Numbered from the stretch's first letter, positions 8,848 through 18,779 are shown. The stretch: 43,903 nucleotides of DNA from an uncultured Bacilli bacterium (GCA_947623815.1 CANQHO010000003.1:1-43903); one strand, 5' to 3'. The notes: generated by a model not told the origin, from the sequence alone. Numbers and translations are program-made.

Positions 8848-9719
8848 ATGAAAAAAACAAAAGAAAACAGGAACTTGTTTCATTAACAAATGACTTCACC
8901 TTTAAGCAAATTTTTTAAAAAAATCCCATCTTTTTAAAAAAATTTATTAAAGATGTTTTACATCTAGATTTTGATATTGAATCTTTGGATATACAAAATT
9001 CGGAACTAGTAAAACTTAATAAAAACGAGCGTAAAAAAGTTTTAGATATTTATGTAGTTCTAAATGATTTTTATAATCTATCAATTGAACTAAAAAACTG
9101 TGATTATTCCAGTGTTAAAATTAGAAATTTTTTATACCTTAACTCAATTTATAACTCTTTATATAAAAAGGGACAAAAAATTAAAGATGTAAAAGCCAAA
9201 GCAGTTCAGTTAAACTTAAATGTTTTATCTAATGAATTTGACAATTTAGATGGAAAATGTTCTGTTTAAGATCAAGTTAATAACACCGTTATTATTGATA
9301 ATTATAAAATAATCAATAAAAATCTTGCTTATTTAGACGACATAACTTATAATAGGGATAAAGAAAAAGAAATTGCTTGGTGTAGAGCAATTAAGGCTAC
9401 AACTTATAAAGAATTAGATAAAAATTTAAGAATTGTTTTATCTGATGAAGAACGAAAACTATTTTTAAAGGAGGTCAAAAAATTGAATAGTGATAATTTT
9501 TTATATGAATATTGGAAAGATGAAGATGTCAACGAAGTAGTTAGAGAATTGAAACTTGCTCATGCTGAAGAAAAAGGATTTGACAATGGATTTGATAATG
9601 CATCTAAAGAATTTATCAAAAATATGTTGTTAAATGGTGCTGATCTAAACTTTATTTCTAAAGTGTCTGGCAAATCCACCAAAGAAATAAAAACTTTACA
9701 AAAACAACTAATCAATTAA
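8848..9719 (+). pseudogene. Rpn / PD-(D/E)XK nuclease family (PDDEXK_2-like), disrupted
   Basis: LTNDFTFKQIF, LDIYVVLN...IELK and C-terminal EEKGFDNG...IKNMLLNGADLNFISKVSG. Lesions: frameshift shortly after the ATG at 8848, TAA at 8916-8918 and TAA at 9267-9269. Confidence 0.8.
9483..9719 (+). CDS. Intact C-terminal mini-ORF of the Rpn gene (candidate RpnS-type intragenic antitoxin)
   Basis: TTG start preceded by a strong AAGGAGGT Shine-Dalgarno at normal spacing; 78 aa, uninterrupted. Confidence 0.6.
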   Translation: MNSDNFLYEYWKDEDVNEVVRELKLAHAEEKGFDNGFDNASKEFIKNMLLNGADLNFISKVSGKSTKEIKTLQKQLIN

Positions 9720-9736
9720 AAAACAGAATATAAAAA

Positions 9737-9770
9737 CGGACTGTAGAATTTTCAAACAGTCCATTTTATT
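9737..9770. terminator. Terminator between the rpn remnant and the end of the T7SS operon
   Basis: ggactgt...acagtcc inverted repeat flanked by A and T tracts. Confidence 0.65.
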
Positions 9771-9774
9771 TTTA

Positions 9775-9915
9775 TTAAAATTTTTTTATATTTTTTCTTG
9801 TCTTTATATTATCTTGCAATTCTTCATATTTTTGACCATGTTTGTTTTTGATTTCAATTATTTGTTCCTTATTTTTTTTGATTTTTTCTAATAATACCTT
9901 TTTTTCTTCATTCAT
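9775..9915 (-). CDS. Small basic coiled-coil-like protein (46 aa), not in the ORF track
   Basis: Hand-translated MNEEKKVLLEKIKKNKEQIIEIKNKHGQKYEELQDNIKTRKNIKKF. AAGAGGT RBS overlaps the stop of the upstream gene, and it ends just before the terminator. Confidence 0.6.
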   Translation of the reverse strand: MNEEKKVLLEKIKKNKEQIIEIKNKHGQKYEELQDNIKTRKNIKKF

Positions 9916-9918
9916 AAA

Positions 9919-10602
9919 TTACCTCTTGATATAATTTTTTTTACATTTAACACTAAATTCATCATATTTTATTACATTAAATGGTATATTGGTTTCTTTT
10001 CTAACCTTATACTCTAAAAAATTAGTTAATACATCTAATTTTCCCAAATTATTAGCTAAAGAAGAAACTTCATAATTATTTTTATACTGATTATATCTAA
10101 CTCCAATAATAATAGAATTACTAGGTTTATAATATTTCTTATTATCTGGGCCATAATTTATATTCACATTTTCTTCATTAGGATTTTCTAAAATAACATT
10201 TTGATAAGTATTTTCGATAAATTGGAAATTTGAGGAGTTTAAAGATAAATCACCAGTTTTATATATAGACCATAAATAATTTATCTGTTCTCTAGTTAGT
10301 CGTTCTATATAGATGTTATTTCTTAAATAAAAATATTTTAAATACCCTTCTGAAAGATGTTGATAAAGATCTTTTTCTTCATAAGGAACTAAAGGAAAAT
10401 CATCTATTCTTTTTTCTAACTGTTTATCAACATCTAACAAATAGTATTTTTTCATCATAAATTGAATAAGTAAATTATTATAAACATTATATAAAATCAA
10501 ATAACCATTCATTTCTGCATCAGACTTAATATTACATTCTTGTCTTATATTAGGCCTTTCTAATAACAAAAATTCTTCATCTATAAAATTTACTTTATTC
10601 AT
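9919..10602 (-). CDS. Hypothetical protein coupled to the giant T7SS-locus gene (candidate immunity or accessory)
   Basis: 227 aa; start overlaps the upstream stop (ATGA); no signal peptide or recognisable family. Confidence 0.7.
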   Translation of the reverse strand: MNKVNFIDEEFLLLERPNIRQECNIKSDAEMNGYLILYNVYNNLLIQFMMKKYYLLDVDKQLEKRIDDFPLVPYEEKDLYQHLSEGYLKYFYLRNNIYIERLTREQINYLWSIYKTGDLSLNSSNFQFIENTYQNVILENPNEENVNINYGPDNKKYYKPSNSIIIGVRYNQYKNNYEVSSLANNLGKLDVLTNFLEYKVRKETNIPFNVIKYDEFSVKCKKNYIKR

Positions 10603-13600
10603 TCTATTCCCTCCACAACATTAAAGTAAAGACTAAATCTTTTTCCAATCAAATCTTTTATTGGAATCAAAAGTCTTTTACCCCAACTACTAACAACTAA
10701 ATAATCATCTAAAATTCCCGTTATGAAAACAGCATGACCATCTCCTTCTTCCCAAGTTGTTGTTGTTGTATAAACTTCATCAATACTAGACATAAGTCTA
10801 ATTGGTTTGCTTATTTTAAATAGTTCTTTTTTTTCACTAATAATACTTAAAACTATACCATTATTTTCATCTTTTTTCAAATAATTAATAATTGTTTTTT
10901 TAAATTCATTTACATTATTTTTAGTTAACACTTCTTGTTTAGGATCAAAGGTTTTAATAAGATTTCTTTTATAATTTAATTTTATATTTTTACTTTTTAG
11001 AAAAGCTTCAATAATTGTATTATCCTGCCAACCCAAGCCAGATAAATATATTTGATTATTAGTTATTAAATTATCAACATGTAATTTACCAGTTTCATCA
11101 TAAACAAACAAATTCCCTTTTTTACTTCCATTTAGATATTTATTACTATTTATATAAACATACATATCCAAAATTAACTCTGTATAATTAAACTCTTTAT
11201 GTCCATCGATATTTCTATACATTAAATATCCAAAATCTTTTTTGAAAGCTCTAGGATTATCTTTATAAGCTAAGAATATTGAATTAGCTATTGCTGCATA
11301 AGAACAAGTTCCAGAACTATTTATAGCCATTAAAGTTCTAATAGCTTCAAAATAACTCATACCTTGGGAAACTAGTTTTCTTTCTAATCGCATAATTTCA
11401 TTATTATAATCGAAGGTAAAACTTTGTTCTATTACATCCAAAATATCAAAACTATTATCCCGATTACATTTATCATAAAGATATTCAATAATTATAGTTC
11501 CTTCTCTAACCACATCTAAATTAAAATTGGAATTTTTAGACTTTATTTTACTTAAAAATTGTTTAGCTGTATTTACACTATATTCTCTTTTCTTAATTAA
11601 ATAAGAAATAAAATCATTTTCATCTGTTAACCAATCTAGATTTTTTACACCCATCGTCATATAAAATGAAGTTATATTTTGATCAGCACCATATATTTGA
11701 CTAGAATTATTTTTTATAAATAAATCATAGTTTTCTAATACTTGTTGTATCATTTTTTCTTTAATAGTTTCCGGAAAAACTTCATTATAATCAATATTGT
11801 CTAAACTAATATTTTGATGATTAGTAAAGTAATTGTTTATATATTTTATAACACTTGGATTTTTCATATTAGCATACGCTAATAACTTTTTAAAGTTTTC
11901 TTCACTTATGTCTATATTTTGAGTCACTATTTGGGTTAAATCATCTAAAAATATTTTACTACAATCGGCATAAGAAAGATGATTAGATGACTCTTCATTA
12001 GTAAAATTTTTACTAACTTTTAAATAATAAAGCATAAATAAATCATTAAATATAAAATTAGGATCATTTAAATTTTCTTCCGTAATTATTTTATTCATTT
12101 CTTCAATAATTAAATTTTTATCATAAATTTTGTTATCCCTCAACATAAGTTTAAGTTTCAAACTATTTGGCATATCTTCAGCATATACTATAGGAACATC
12201 AATGTTATATTTGTTTATAAAACTATCAACAAATTCTCTATCATTTTGATCCCAATTATATTTCTGATGAATAATATCATTAAATCCTTCTTTTCCAACA
12301 TCTATTTTATTTTTAATTATAATATCGGTATATTTTGTATTCATATTCTTTATTTGTTGAAAAAAGTCTATATATTTATGTTCAAGTAAACCGGGACTAT
12401 CATCATAAACATCTTCAGCATTTTGACGAATAAAATCTCGAACTTCAATTAAATAAAATTTAAATTCATCGGATAATATTAAAGAAGGATTATTAGATAA
12501 TATCTCTTGATTAAAATGTTCTTGGTAGTAATTATATAAAATAGATAAATCTTCAACATTATAAATTTTATTAGTTTTAAACATTATTTTTAGTTTTAAA
12601 CCATCTGATAAATTATCTTTATATCTAACTTTAGAAAAATCTAATTTTTCTAAAGCTTCATTATATAAAGATTCTAATCTTTGTAGTTGAATACTATTTA
12701 AATCTAAATCATAATTATATTTTTTAATTGCATCATATAGTTGCATAAAAGCTTCTAAATAATTTATTTTATAACCACCATCTATAGCTTTTCCATTTTG
12801 TAAAGCTTCATATAAATCTTCATTTTTTATAATATCTAATAAACTTCCAATTGATGCTATTTTTACAAAAGTAGCATCTAAATCTTCATCATAAAAGTTA
12901 AAAACCATATCTTTAGTTGCTTCTATATCATTAGTTTTGTTTAATTTATTATCTATTTTTTTAATTAGTGAATCAATATCGATATCAATTTCATTAGCCC
13001 TAAAAGTTATTTCATAAGTAGCATCAAATTTTCTATTTTCATCTTCTAAAATATCTTTTAAGTATTGAAGTTCACTTTCCGAATTACAATTTTCTATTGC
13101 TTTATTTAATACTTCATTTATTCTATCAGCTGAAAAATATTTATTAACCAAAGAAATATCCGTTGGATTTCTATAACCACTTCTATTATTTTCATGTAAA
13201 ACTAAAATATCTTTTATTAACTTTATATTATTAGTATTATTATATTCCGCTATCAAGTTATCTATCTTAGTACTTTCTTTAATAGCTAAATTATTTATAA
13301 TATTTTCCGTATTGTCATTTTTTATTTCCATATTTGTAAAAGAAGATAATTCTGAAACTGAGTTTCTATTTATTTCTTTTACATTTTTATTTAAGAATTT
13401 ATTATTAGCTGCTAAGTCATATAAATAATCATTATAAATAGCTTTTAAATTACCTATTTTTTTAGTAAATTTTTGTAATTTTTTTCCCTCGATAGTATTT
13501 GGATAATTATCATAGGTATTTTTATCTACTTCCTTATACACTAATTCATTTCCCATTTTAACTAAACAAAAATATTTCTTTTCAGGATTATAATCTGATA

Positions 13601-16600
13601 TATTTAAATTACCTTCGTAAGTTATAGCTTTATCATCTAAATTCCTTATTTTTAATTTATTACTATTTACTAATTGTTCATCAACATTTAATTTTACAGC
13701 TGTTGTTCTAATTGGTAAACTATCTAAATTAGTTAAATAAGCTCCAACACTTGGTACGCCATTAAAGAAAAATGATTTTGGAGTTCCATAACTATTCATA
13801 ACATTGGCTTTTTTTACATAACCAGATTCTATTATCTTATTAGCACTTGTTTCCGATGTAAAATGATAAAGACCATTTTCTAAAATACTTTTATTGACCT
13901 CTTCAATATTATTAGTGTTAGTATATATAAAACGTTTAACTCCTGATTTAAGGGTATTTACAAAACCAGTTATTAAATTATTATCTTGATATTTAAAATC
14001 ACTTAAATCTAACTGATTACTAAAATCATAAGTACTAACACCACCTAAATCAGTTAAAAGATTGATTAAGCTAGTATTTATAAAATTGTTGTTTCCTTCC
14101 AAAGCCAAAAGACCATCTTTAGTGACTTTAAAACCATTTTTGGTAAATATATTCTTATATTTTTCTAATGTTTTAATACTTGCTTCAATATAATATTCAT
14201 CACCATCTTTATTGAAAACAATTTGGGCATGTTCAAAATTAGAATTGTTTTTTATGGTATTGATTAAGCCAATATAATTTCCTACTATTTTGGGGATATC
14301 TTCAGTCATTTTGGTTTGAATTCCTTTACTTATTGAGTCAAAGAAAACATTTGCATTTCTAACATCATCGCCACCATATCCGATATAACCTTCATTACCA
14401 TTTGTAGCCGTAGCATTTTGATAAACAATATTAAAATTCTGATTATCCAAAGACGCCACAATAGAGGGAATTAAAGCCATATTTTTTTGATTGTCAACAA
14501 AAGCCAAATAAGGTCCTCTTCCATCTTCATGTCCAGCACAACTAGCTTTTGTCTCTATTTTACTATTAAAACACTCTAATAATAGTTTTTCCAGTTTTTC
14601 ATTTCCTTCCGCAAAATCATGAGCCGCTTTTTTAATATCGGTTAATTGACTTAACGGTATTGGCACTCCTGTATTTAAACTTTCTGTACTATTAACATTG
14701 GTAAATGTTTTACCACTATTATTATCAATATTACTAAAAATATTTCTTATTCTATCGATAGTTTCTTGTCTTTTAGCCCGTTTTAGTTCTTTTAATTTTT
14801 GCTGTTCCTTTTCTTGTTCTAGTTGATTTATTTTTAATTGTCTAGCAAATTTTTGAGCTTCATTTAAATTTAAGTTACTATAAAAATCGTTTAATATATC
14901 ACTTGATATTTGATTTGAGATCCTATGATTTACTTTTATACTTCCAAATCCCCCAAATCCTATTCCGGATACAAAACCTCCTAAAAATGTCTGTTCTAGT
15001 TGTTTGGCAAAATCTTTATTGGCCATTTGTCTAGCAACATCTTCACTATATCCTTGTTTTATATAATTATCTATAGCTATATTATGATTACTTAATTCTC
15101 CTGATGTTATCTCATCAAAAAAGTAATTTACCAAATCTGTACTTAATTCTTCTTCGCCTTCTACTAAAGCTTGACTCATCGTCATTGCTCCCCCATAAAA
15201 GGTTTTGGTGGCGATAGAAGCTAAAGTTTCATTTGGTATTTTATCAGATATTTTATTAGCTATTTTTACTATTTCAGGACTAGCTTTTCCCTCTAAATTA
15301 AGTAAATGACTTACTGAATAACTTTCCATAAGTGATTCAGTTATTCCAGCTGAAGACGCTAATAAAACTGCTTTCCAATCGGGCAAACCTCTATCTAAAG
15401 AATCATTTAATGTAGATACATATGCTCTTGATCCCATTAAGGCTCCACTTAATATTGGAGCAGTTGTCCCTCCAGTGGCGGCAGTTATGGCTATCAAACT
15501 GGCACTATCAGCCATACTCATCATCGTACTATAAGCAAAAGCTAAGGCTTCACTATCTTCCGCTATATCAGCACTTATAGCTTGTCGATATACATCACTA
15601 CTACTATAGACATTAGTCTTTCTTATTTTCTCATCTCTTATTAAGTAATTTAGGGAATAACAAGCTGCTCCTATTCCTTCTAATGATCCGGTTAGTATTG
15701 ATGAAGCAGACGCTAAAAATTTATGATTTTTCGCATATTCTTCATCTTTTAAGGTTCTATCAACTAACCATCTATTATCTAACTCGTCTGATATATCTTC
15801 TAAGTATTTATATGCTTTATCTAAACCTTGGGTATTATATATATAATTAAATACATCTTTTTCTTGTCTTCCTTGACCACTCATGAATTCTGCCCATTTT
15901 AAATAGTGGTCTAATTTTAAATCATCAGCTTGAATTTGATAGTTTCCTTTCTCAGTTTGAACAAATCCATATTTATCTATTTCTATTTTTCCATTTATTA
16001 TACAGTTTATTATATCTACTAATTCTTCTTTATTTTTTACTATATAAGTTGGACTTCCATTATTTGTCCCAGGTAATTTACCTTGTTCAAATAATTTATT
16101 TATATTTTCTATTGTTTTTATACTTTCTTTTTTAAAGTTATTATTTTTTTCATAATCTTTTTCACTTATATAACTATCAATATTTTTAAAATAATGATTT
16201 ATTTCTTTATTTACGTTTTCATATATAGCTTGATAATTAGCTAAACTTTGTTTTAATGTTTCTATTTGATTATCTATTTTTTTTAAGTTTTCTTCTCTTG
16301 TTTTTACTTCTTCATTATATTTATTAGTCAATTCATCAAAAAATTTCATCTGTTCAATAGTATTATTCCACATATATACGGTGGTTTCTTTTCCGGTAAA
16401 CAATGATTTTGATGTTACTTTAGTTAAATTTCTTAATTTTTCGATATATTTACTATCTTTATACATTTCCTCAAAAGTTAGTGGTACATATTTTATATCA
16501 CTTTCCAAATTAGGAGTTTTATAAACATATCTAGTTTGTCCATTTTCATCTTGATATTTCCACGCTACTATTTCACTTGATAAAATACTTTCTAAATTTT

Positions 16601-17654
16601 CGCCACTTCTTAATCTAGTAACTATTTTTAATAAAGCTTCCATTTCATGAGTATCTTTTAAATCTCTCATATTTATTAGTTTTTGTAATTCGGTTTGATT
16701 GGCTTTGATTACTTCTAATAATTGTGATAAACTTTCGATATTTAATCCATAGGCATGTAAATATGATGCTTCCATTATGGCTTTTCTTCGGGAGTTATCT
16801 TGATCGTTTTCTATTTCTTTCATCAAATCTTCAATAGTTATTTGTTGGTTTATTATTCTTTGAATATCTTTATCTTGAATTCCTATTTTTTGTAATAAAC
16901 CTATCATTTGATTTACATCTATTTCGCTTATATAAGTATTGATTCTAGATATCTCTCCTACACTAGCACTTTTTCCTTGGCCTATATTTAAATTACTAGA
17001 ATTAGAATTATTTTTGATATTAGAGCTCATATTATTTGTCGCTGAAGCTGAAGTACTACTTATTGATGAACCAAAACTAATACTTCCACCATTGGCACTA
17101 ATGTTGGAAGTATTAGGAGCAAAAGAAGATACTGTATAATTATTTTTATTAGTATTAGTAGTACTTTCTATTTTATTTATATTACTAGTAATATTACTAG
17201 AACTAGATGATGAATTTACGTTTATATTGACATTATTATTGCCTTGAATATTACTATTAGTTTGATAAACATGGGTATTATTATTTGTCTGATTACTTAT
17301 ATTAGTTTTTGCGTTACTGTTAACATTACTATTTATATTATTAGATGGGTTAGCTTTAACTGTAGAATCATTTATTTTATTAGTTACTACATTATTAGTA
17401 TTTTCTTTAATACTATTGATTGGACTTTTGGCTGTATTACTAGTAGCAATATTACTTTTATTGATTGTTTTTTCATTTGATGGTACTAAGTCAATCACTT
17501 CTGTTTTGGCTTTATTCGTATTGGTTGTCAAACTTTTTAAATTGGTATTATTTATTTTTACTTTATCAGTTAAACTTTCTACATGAGTATTACTTTTAGT
17601 TACATTTTTAAAGTCTAACCTAATATTTTTATTAACAGATACATTTATCGCCAC
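10599..17654 (-). CDS. Giant multi-domain protein, candidate T7SS effector with C-terminal papain-like cysteine peptidase
   Basis: 2351 aa: Asn/Ser/Thr-rich N-terminus, coiled coils, Ala/Gly-rich hydrophobic block, ASCAGH-motif domain, LYHFT..I.ESG motif, internal repeat, C-terminal GTCSYAA...GHAVFITG...VSSWG. Confidence 0.75.
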   Translation of the reverse strand: MAINVSVNKNIRLDFKNVTKSNTHVESLTDKVKINNTNLKSLTTNTNKAKTEVIDLVPSNEKTINKSNIATSNTAKSPINSIKENTNNVVTNKINDSTVKANPSNNINSNVNSNAKTNISNQTNNNTHVYQTNSNIQGNNNVNINVNSSSSSSNITSNINKIESTTNTNKNNYTVSSFAPNTSNISANGGSISFGSSISSTSASATNNMSSNIKNNSNSSNLNIGQGKSASVGEISRINTYISEIDVNQMIGLLQKIGIQDKDIQRIINQQITIEDLMKEIENDQDNSRRKAIMEASYLHAYGLNIESLSQLLEVIKANQTELQKLINMRDLKDTHEMEALLKIVTRLRSGENLESILSSEIVAWKYQDENGQTRYVYKTPNLESDIKYVPLTFEEMYKDSKYIEKLRNLTKVTSKSLFTGKETTVYMWNNTIEQMKFFDELTNKYNEEVKTREENLKKIDNQIETLKQSLANYQAIYENVNKEINHYFKNIDSYISEKDYEKNNNFKKESIKTIENINKLFEQGKLPGTNNGSPTYIVKNKEELVDIINCIINGKIEIDKYGFVQTEKGNYQIQADDLKLDHYLKWAEFMSGQGRQEKDVFNYIYNTQGLDKAYKYLEDISDELDNRWLVDRTLKDEEYAKNHKFLASASSILTGSLEGIGAACYSLNYLIRDEKIRKTNVYSSSDVYRQAISADIAEDSEALAFAYSTMMSMADSASLIAITAATGGTTAPILSGALMGSRAYVSTLNDSLDRGLPDWKAVLLASSAGITESLMESYSVSHLLNLEGKASPEIVKIANKISDKIPNETLASIATKTFYGGAMTMSQALVEGEEELSTDLVNYFFDEITSGELSNHNIAIDNYIKQGYSEDVARQMANKDFAKQLEQTFLGGFVSGIGFGGFGSIKVNHRISNQISSDILNDFYSNLNLNEAQKFARQLKINQLEQEKEQQKLKELKRAKRQETIDRIRNIFSNIDNNSGKTFTNVNSTESLNTGVPIPLSQLTDIKKAAHDFAEGNEKLEKLLLECFNSKIETKASCAGHEDGRGPYLAFVDNQKNMALIPSIVASLDNQNFNIVYQNATATNGNEGYIGYGGDDVRNANVFFDSISKGIQTKMTEDIPKIVGNYIGLINTIKNNSNFEHAQIVFNKDGDEYYIEASIKTLEKYKNIFTKNGFKVTKDGLLALEGNNNFINTSLINLLTDLGGVSTYDFSNQLDLSDFKYQDNNLITGFVNTLKSGVKRFIYTNTNNIEEVNKSILENGLYHFTSETSANKIIESGYVKKANVMNSYGTPKSFFFNGVPSVGAYLTNLDSLPIRTTAVKLNVDEQLVNSNKLKIRNLDDKAITYEGNLNISDYNPEKKYFCLVKMGNELVYKEVDKNTYDNYPNTIEGKKLQKFTKKIGNLKAIYNDYLYDLAANNKFLNKNVKEINRNSVSELSSFTNMEIKNDNTENIINNLAIKESTKIDNLIAEYNNTNNIKLIKDILVLHENNRSGYRNPTDISLVNKYFSADRINEVLNKAIENCNSESELQYLKDILEDENRKFDATYEITFRANEIDIDIDSLIKKIDNKLNKTNDIEATKDMVFNFYDEDLDATFVKIASIGSLLDIIKNEDLYEALQNGKAIDGGYKINYLEAFMQLYDAIKKYNYDLDLNSIQLQRLESLYNEALEKLDFSKVRYKDNLSDGLKLKIMFKTNKIYNVEDLSILYNYYQEHFNQEILSNNPSLILSDEFKFYLIEVRDFIRQNAEDVYDDSPGLLEHKYIDFFQQIKNMNTKYTDIIIKNKIDVGKEGFNDIIHQKYNWDQNDREFVDSFINKYNIDVPIVYAEDMPNSLKLKLMLRDNKIYDKNLIIEEMNKIITEENLNDPNFIFNDLFMLYYLKVSKNFTNEESSNHLSYADCSKIFLDDLTQIVTQNIDISEENFKKLLAYANMKNPSVIKYINNYFTNHQNISLDNIDYNEVFPETIKEKMIQQVLENYDLFIKNNSSQIYGADQNITSFYMTMGVKNLDWLTDENDFISYLIKKREYSVNTAKQFLSKIKSKNSNFNLDVVREGTIIIEYLYDKCNRDNSFDILDVIEQSFTFDYNNEIMRLERKLVSQGMSYFEAIRTLMAINSSGTCSYAAIANSIFLAYKDNPRAFKKDFGYLMYRNIDGHKEFNYTELILDMYVYINSNKYLNGSKKGNLFVYDETGKLHVDNLITNNQIYLSGLGWQDNTIIEAFLKSKNIKLNYKRNLIKTFDPKQEVLTKNNVNEFKKTIINYLKKDENNGIVLSIISEKKELFKISKPIRLMSSIDEVYTTTTTWEEGDGHAVFITGILDDYLVVSSWGKRLLIPIKDLIGKRFSLYFNVVEGIE

Positions 17655-17668
17655 GATTACAACCCCTT

Positions 17669-17911
17669 TTATATTTTGCCGTTTATCATTGGTATCAATT
17701 CTAAAATTATTTCTTGTTTTATTTCACTAACTATTTTTTTATTTTTTAAAAATTGTTCTTCATCAACTATTTTTTTGTCAATTACTAATGTATTATTCAT
17801 AAAAGCTTGTAAATTATCCATATTTTCTTCTAAATTTTCCAATTTTTCTTTTATTGAATAAAGCTGACTTTTTAAAAAAGCATATTTTATTTTTAATATT
17901 TCTTCTTCCAT
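17669..17911 (-). CDS. Small helical protein, T7SS accessory candidate
   Basis: 80 aa, heptad-like, GGAG RBS; directly upstream of the giant gene. Confidence 0.65.
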   Translation of the reverse strand: MEEEILKIKYAFLKSQLYSIKEKLENLEENMDNLQAFMNNTLVIDKKIVDEEQFLKNKKIVSEIKQEIILELIPMINGKI

Positions 17912-17920
17912 ATTTTCTCC

Positions 17921-18223
17921 TTAGTTAATATCTTTAAATATTTGAGTAACTTTATGACTAGTTTCTTTATATGTTTCAATTTTTTTAATTAAATAGTCAA
18001 GATCATTTTCATGTATATTTTGAATAGTTCTAAATTTATTAGTTAATTGTTCTTGTAAATCATTTAATGAATCACTATTAGAAGTTTTATAATAATAATT
18101 GATATTTTTAAAGGTATTTTTTATCTCATCAAAATTTACATCTATCATAGCTTTATAAGTTTTGATTTTTTCAATTGTCATATTCATTTTTTCAATATCC
18201 ATTAAATTTTCCAAATTACTCAC
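17921..18223 (-). CDS. WXG100-fold-like small protein
   Basis: 100 aa with a helix-turn-helix pattern; central YYKT where WxG normally lies; in the essC locus. Confidence 0.55.
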   Translation of the reverse strand: MSNLENLMDIEKMNMTIEKIKTYKAMIDVNFDEIKNTFKNINYYYKTSNSDSLNDLQEQLTNKFRTIQNIHENDLDYLIKKIETYKETSHKVTQIFKDIN

Positions 18224-18767
18224 CTTGTTCTTCTTTTATTATTTCAATGTCAATACTAGATGTTTTTTCACTAACCATATTTTCATTTTTTTCTATTTTA
18301 TCCAAAGTATTTTTGAGATCTTTTTTTATATTCATCAAATCTTTTTCTATCAGTTCTAGTTTTTGTTTCTCACTATTTATAATAGATGCTTCAACCGGGC
18401 AAAAACTAGTATCTAAAATATCGTAATAATCTACAATATCAGCTATAGAGGTAGCTATTTGATTAAATAAATCTTCTATTTTGGATTTTTTATTGAAGTC
18501 AAAAAAGATATTTTTACCAATACCTTGATTTTCATTGATTAAATAGTTATAAATATTATCAATTTCTTTTAATTCACCATAAGTATTTTCTAGTTTAACT
18601 TTATCAACTGATATTTTTTGATTAAATTCATTAGATTCATTTCCTTGCCAAATAAAAGATATTGATTCTAATTCATTATAGATATTCAAATAGTTTGTTT
18701 GAAAATCATCTAATATTTTTTTCAATTTGTTATTTTCGGTTTCTATTTTATCTAATTGTATTTCCAT
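18216..18767 (-). CDS. WXG100-domain protein (extended)
   Basis: Likely start MEIQLDKI at 18767 (AGGTGA RBS); WQG motif about 40 residues in, later YLINE (YxxxE). Confidence 0.7.
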   Translation of the reverse strand: MEIQLDKIETENNKLKKILDDFQTNYLNIYNELESISFIWQGNESNEFNQKISVDKVKLENTYGELKEIDNIYNYLINENQGIGKNIFFDFNKKSKIEDLFNQIATSIADIVDYYDILDTSFCPVEASIINSEKQKLELIEKDLMNIKKDLKNTLDKIEKNENMVSEKTSSIDIEIIKEEQGE

Positions 18768-18779
18768 TTTATCACCTAA

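Noticed and set aside
200-9269. Alternative genetic code or stop readthrough to explain the in-frame stops
   Set aside because: The interrupting codons are TAA, which terminates many intact genes here; TGA also acts as a stop (der).
8848-9719. Active transposon (the family is often labelled transposase)
   Set aside because: The gene is disrupted, I see no terminal inverted repeats or target duplication, and the family label does not establish transposition.
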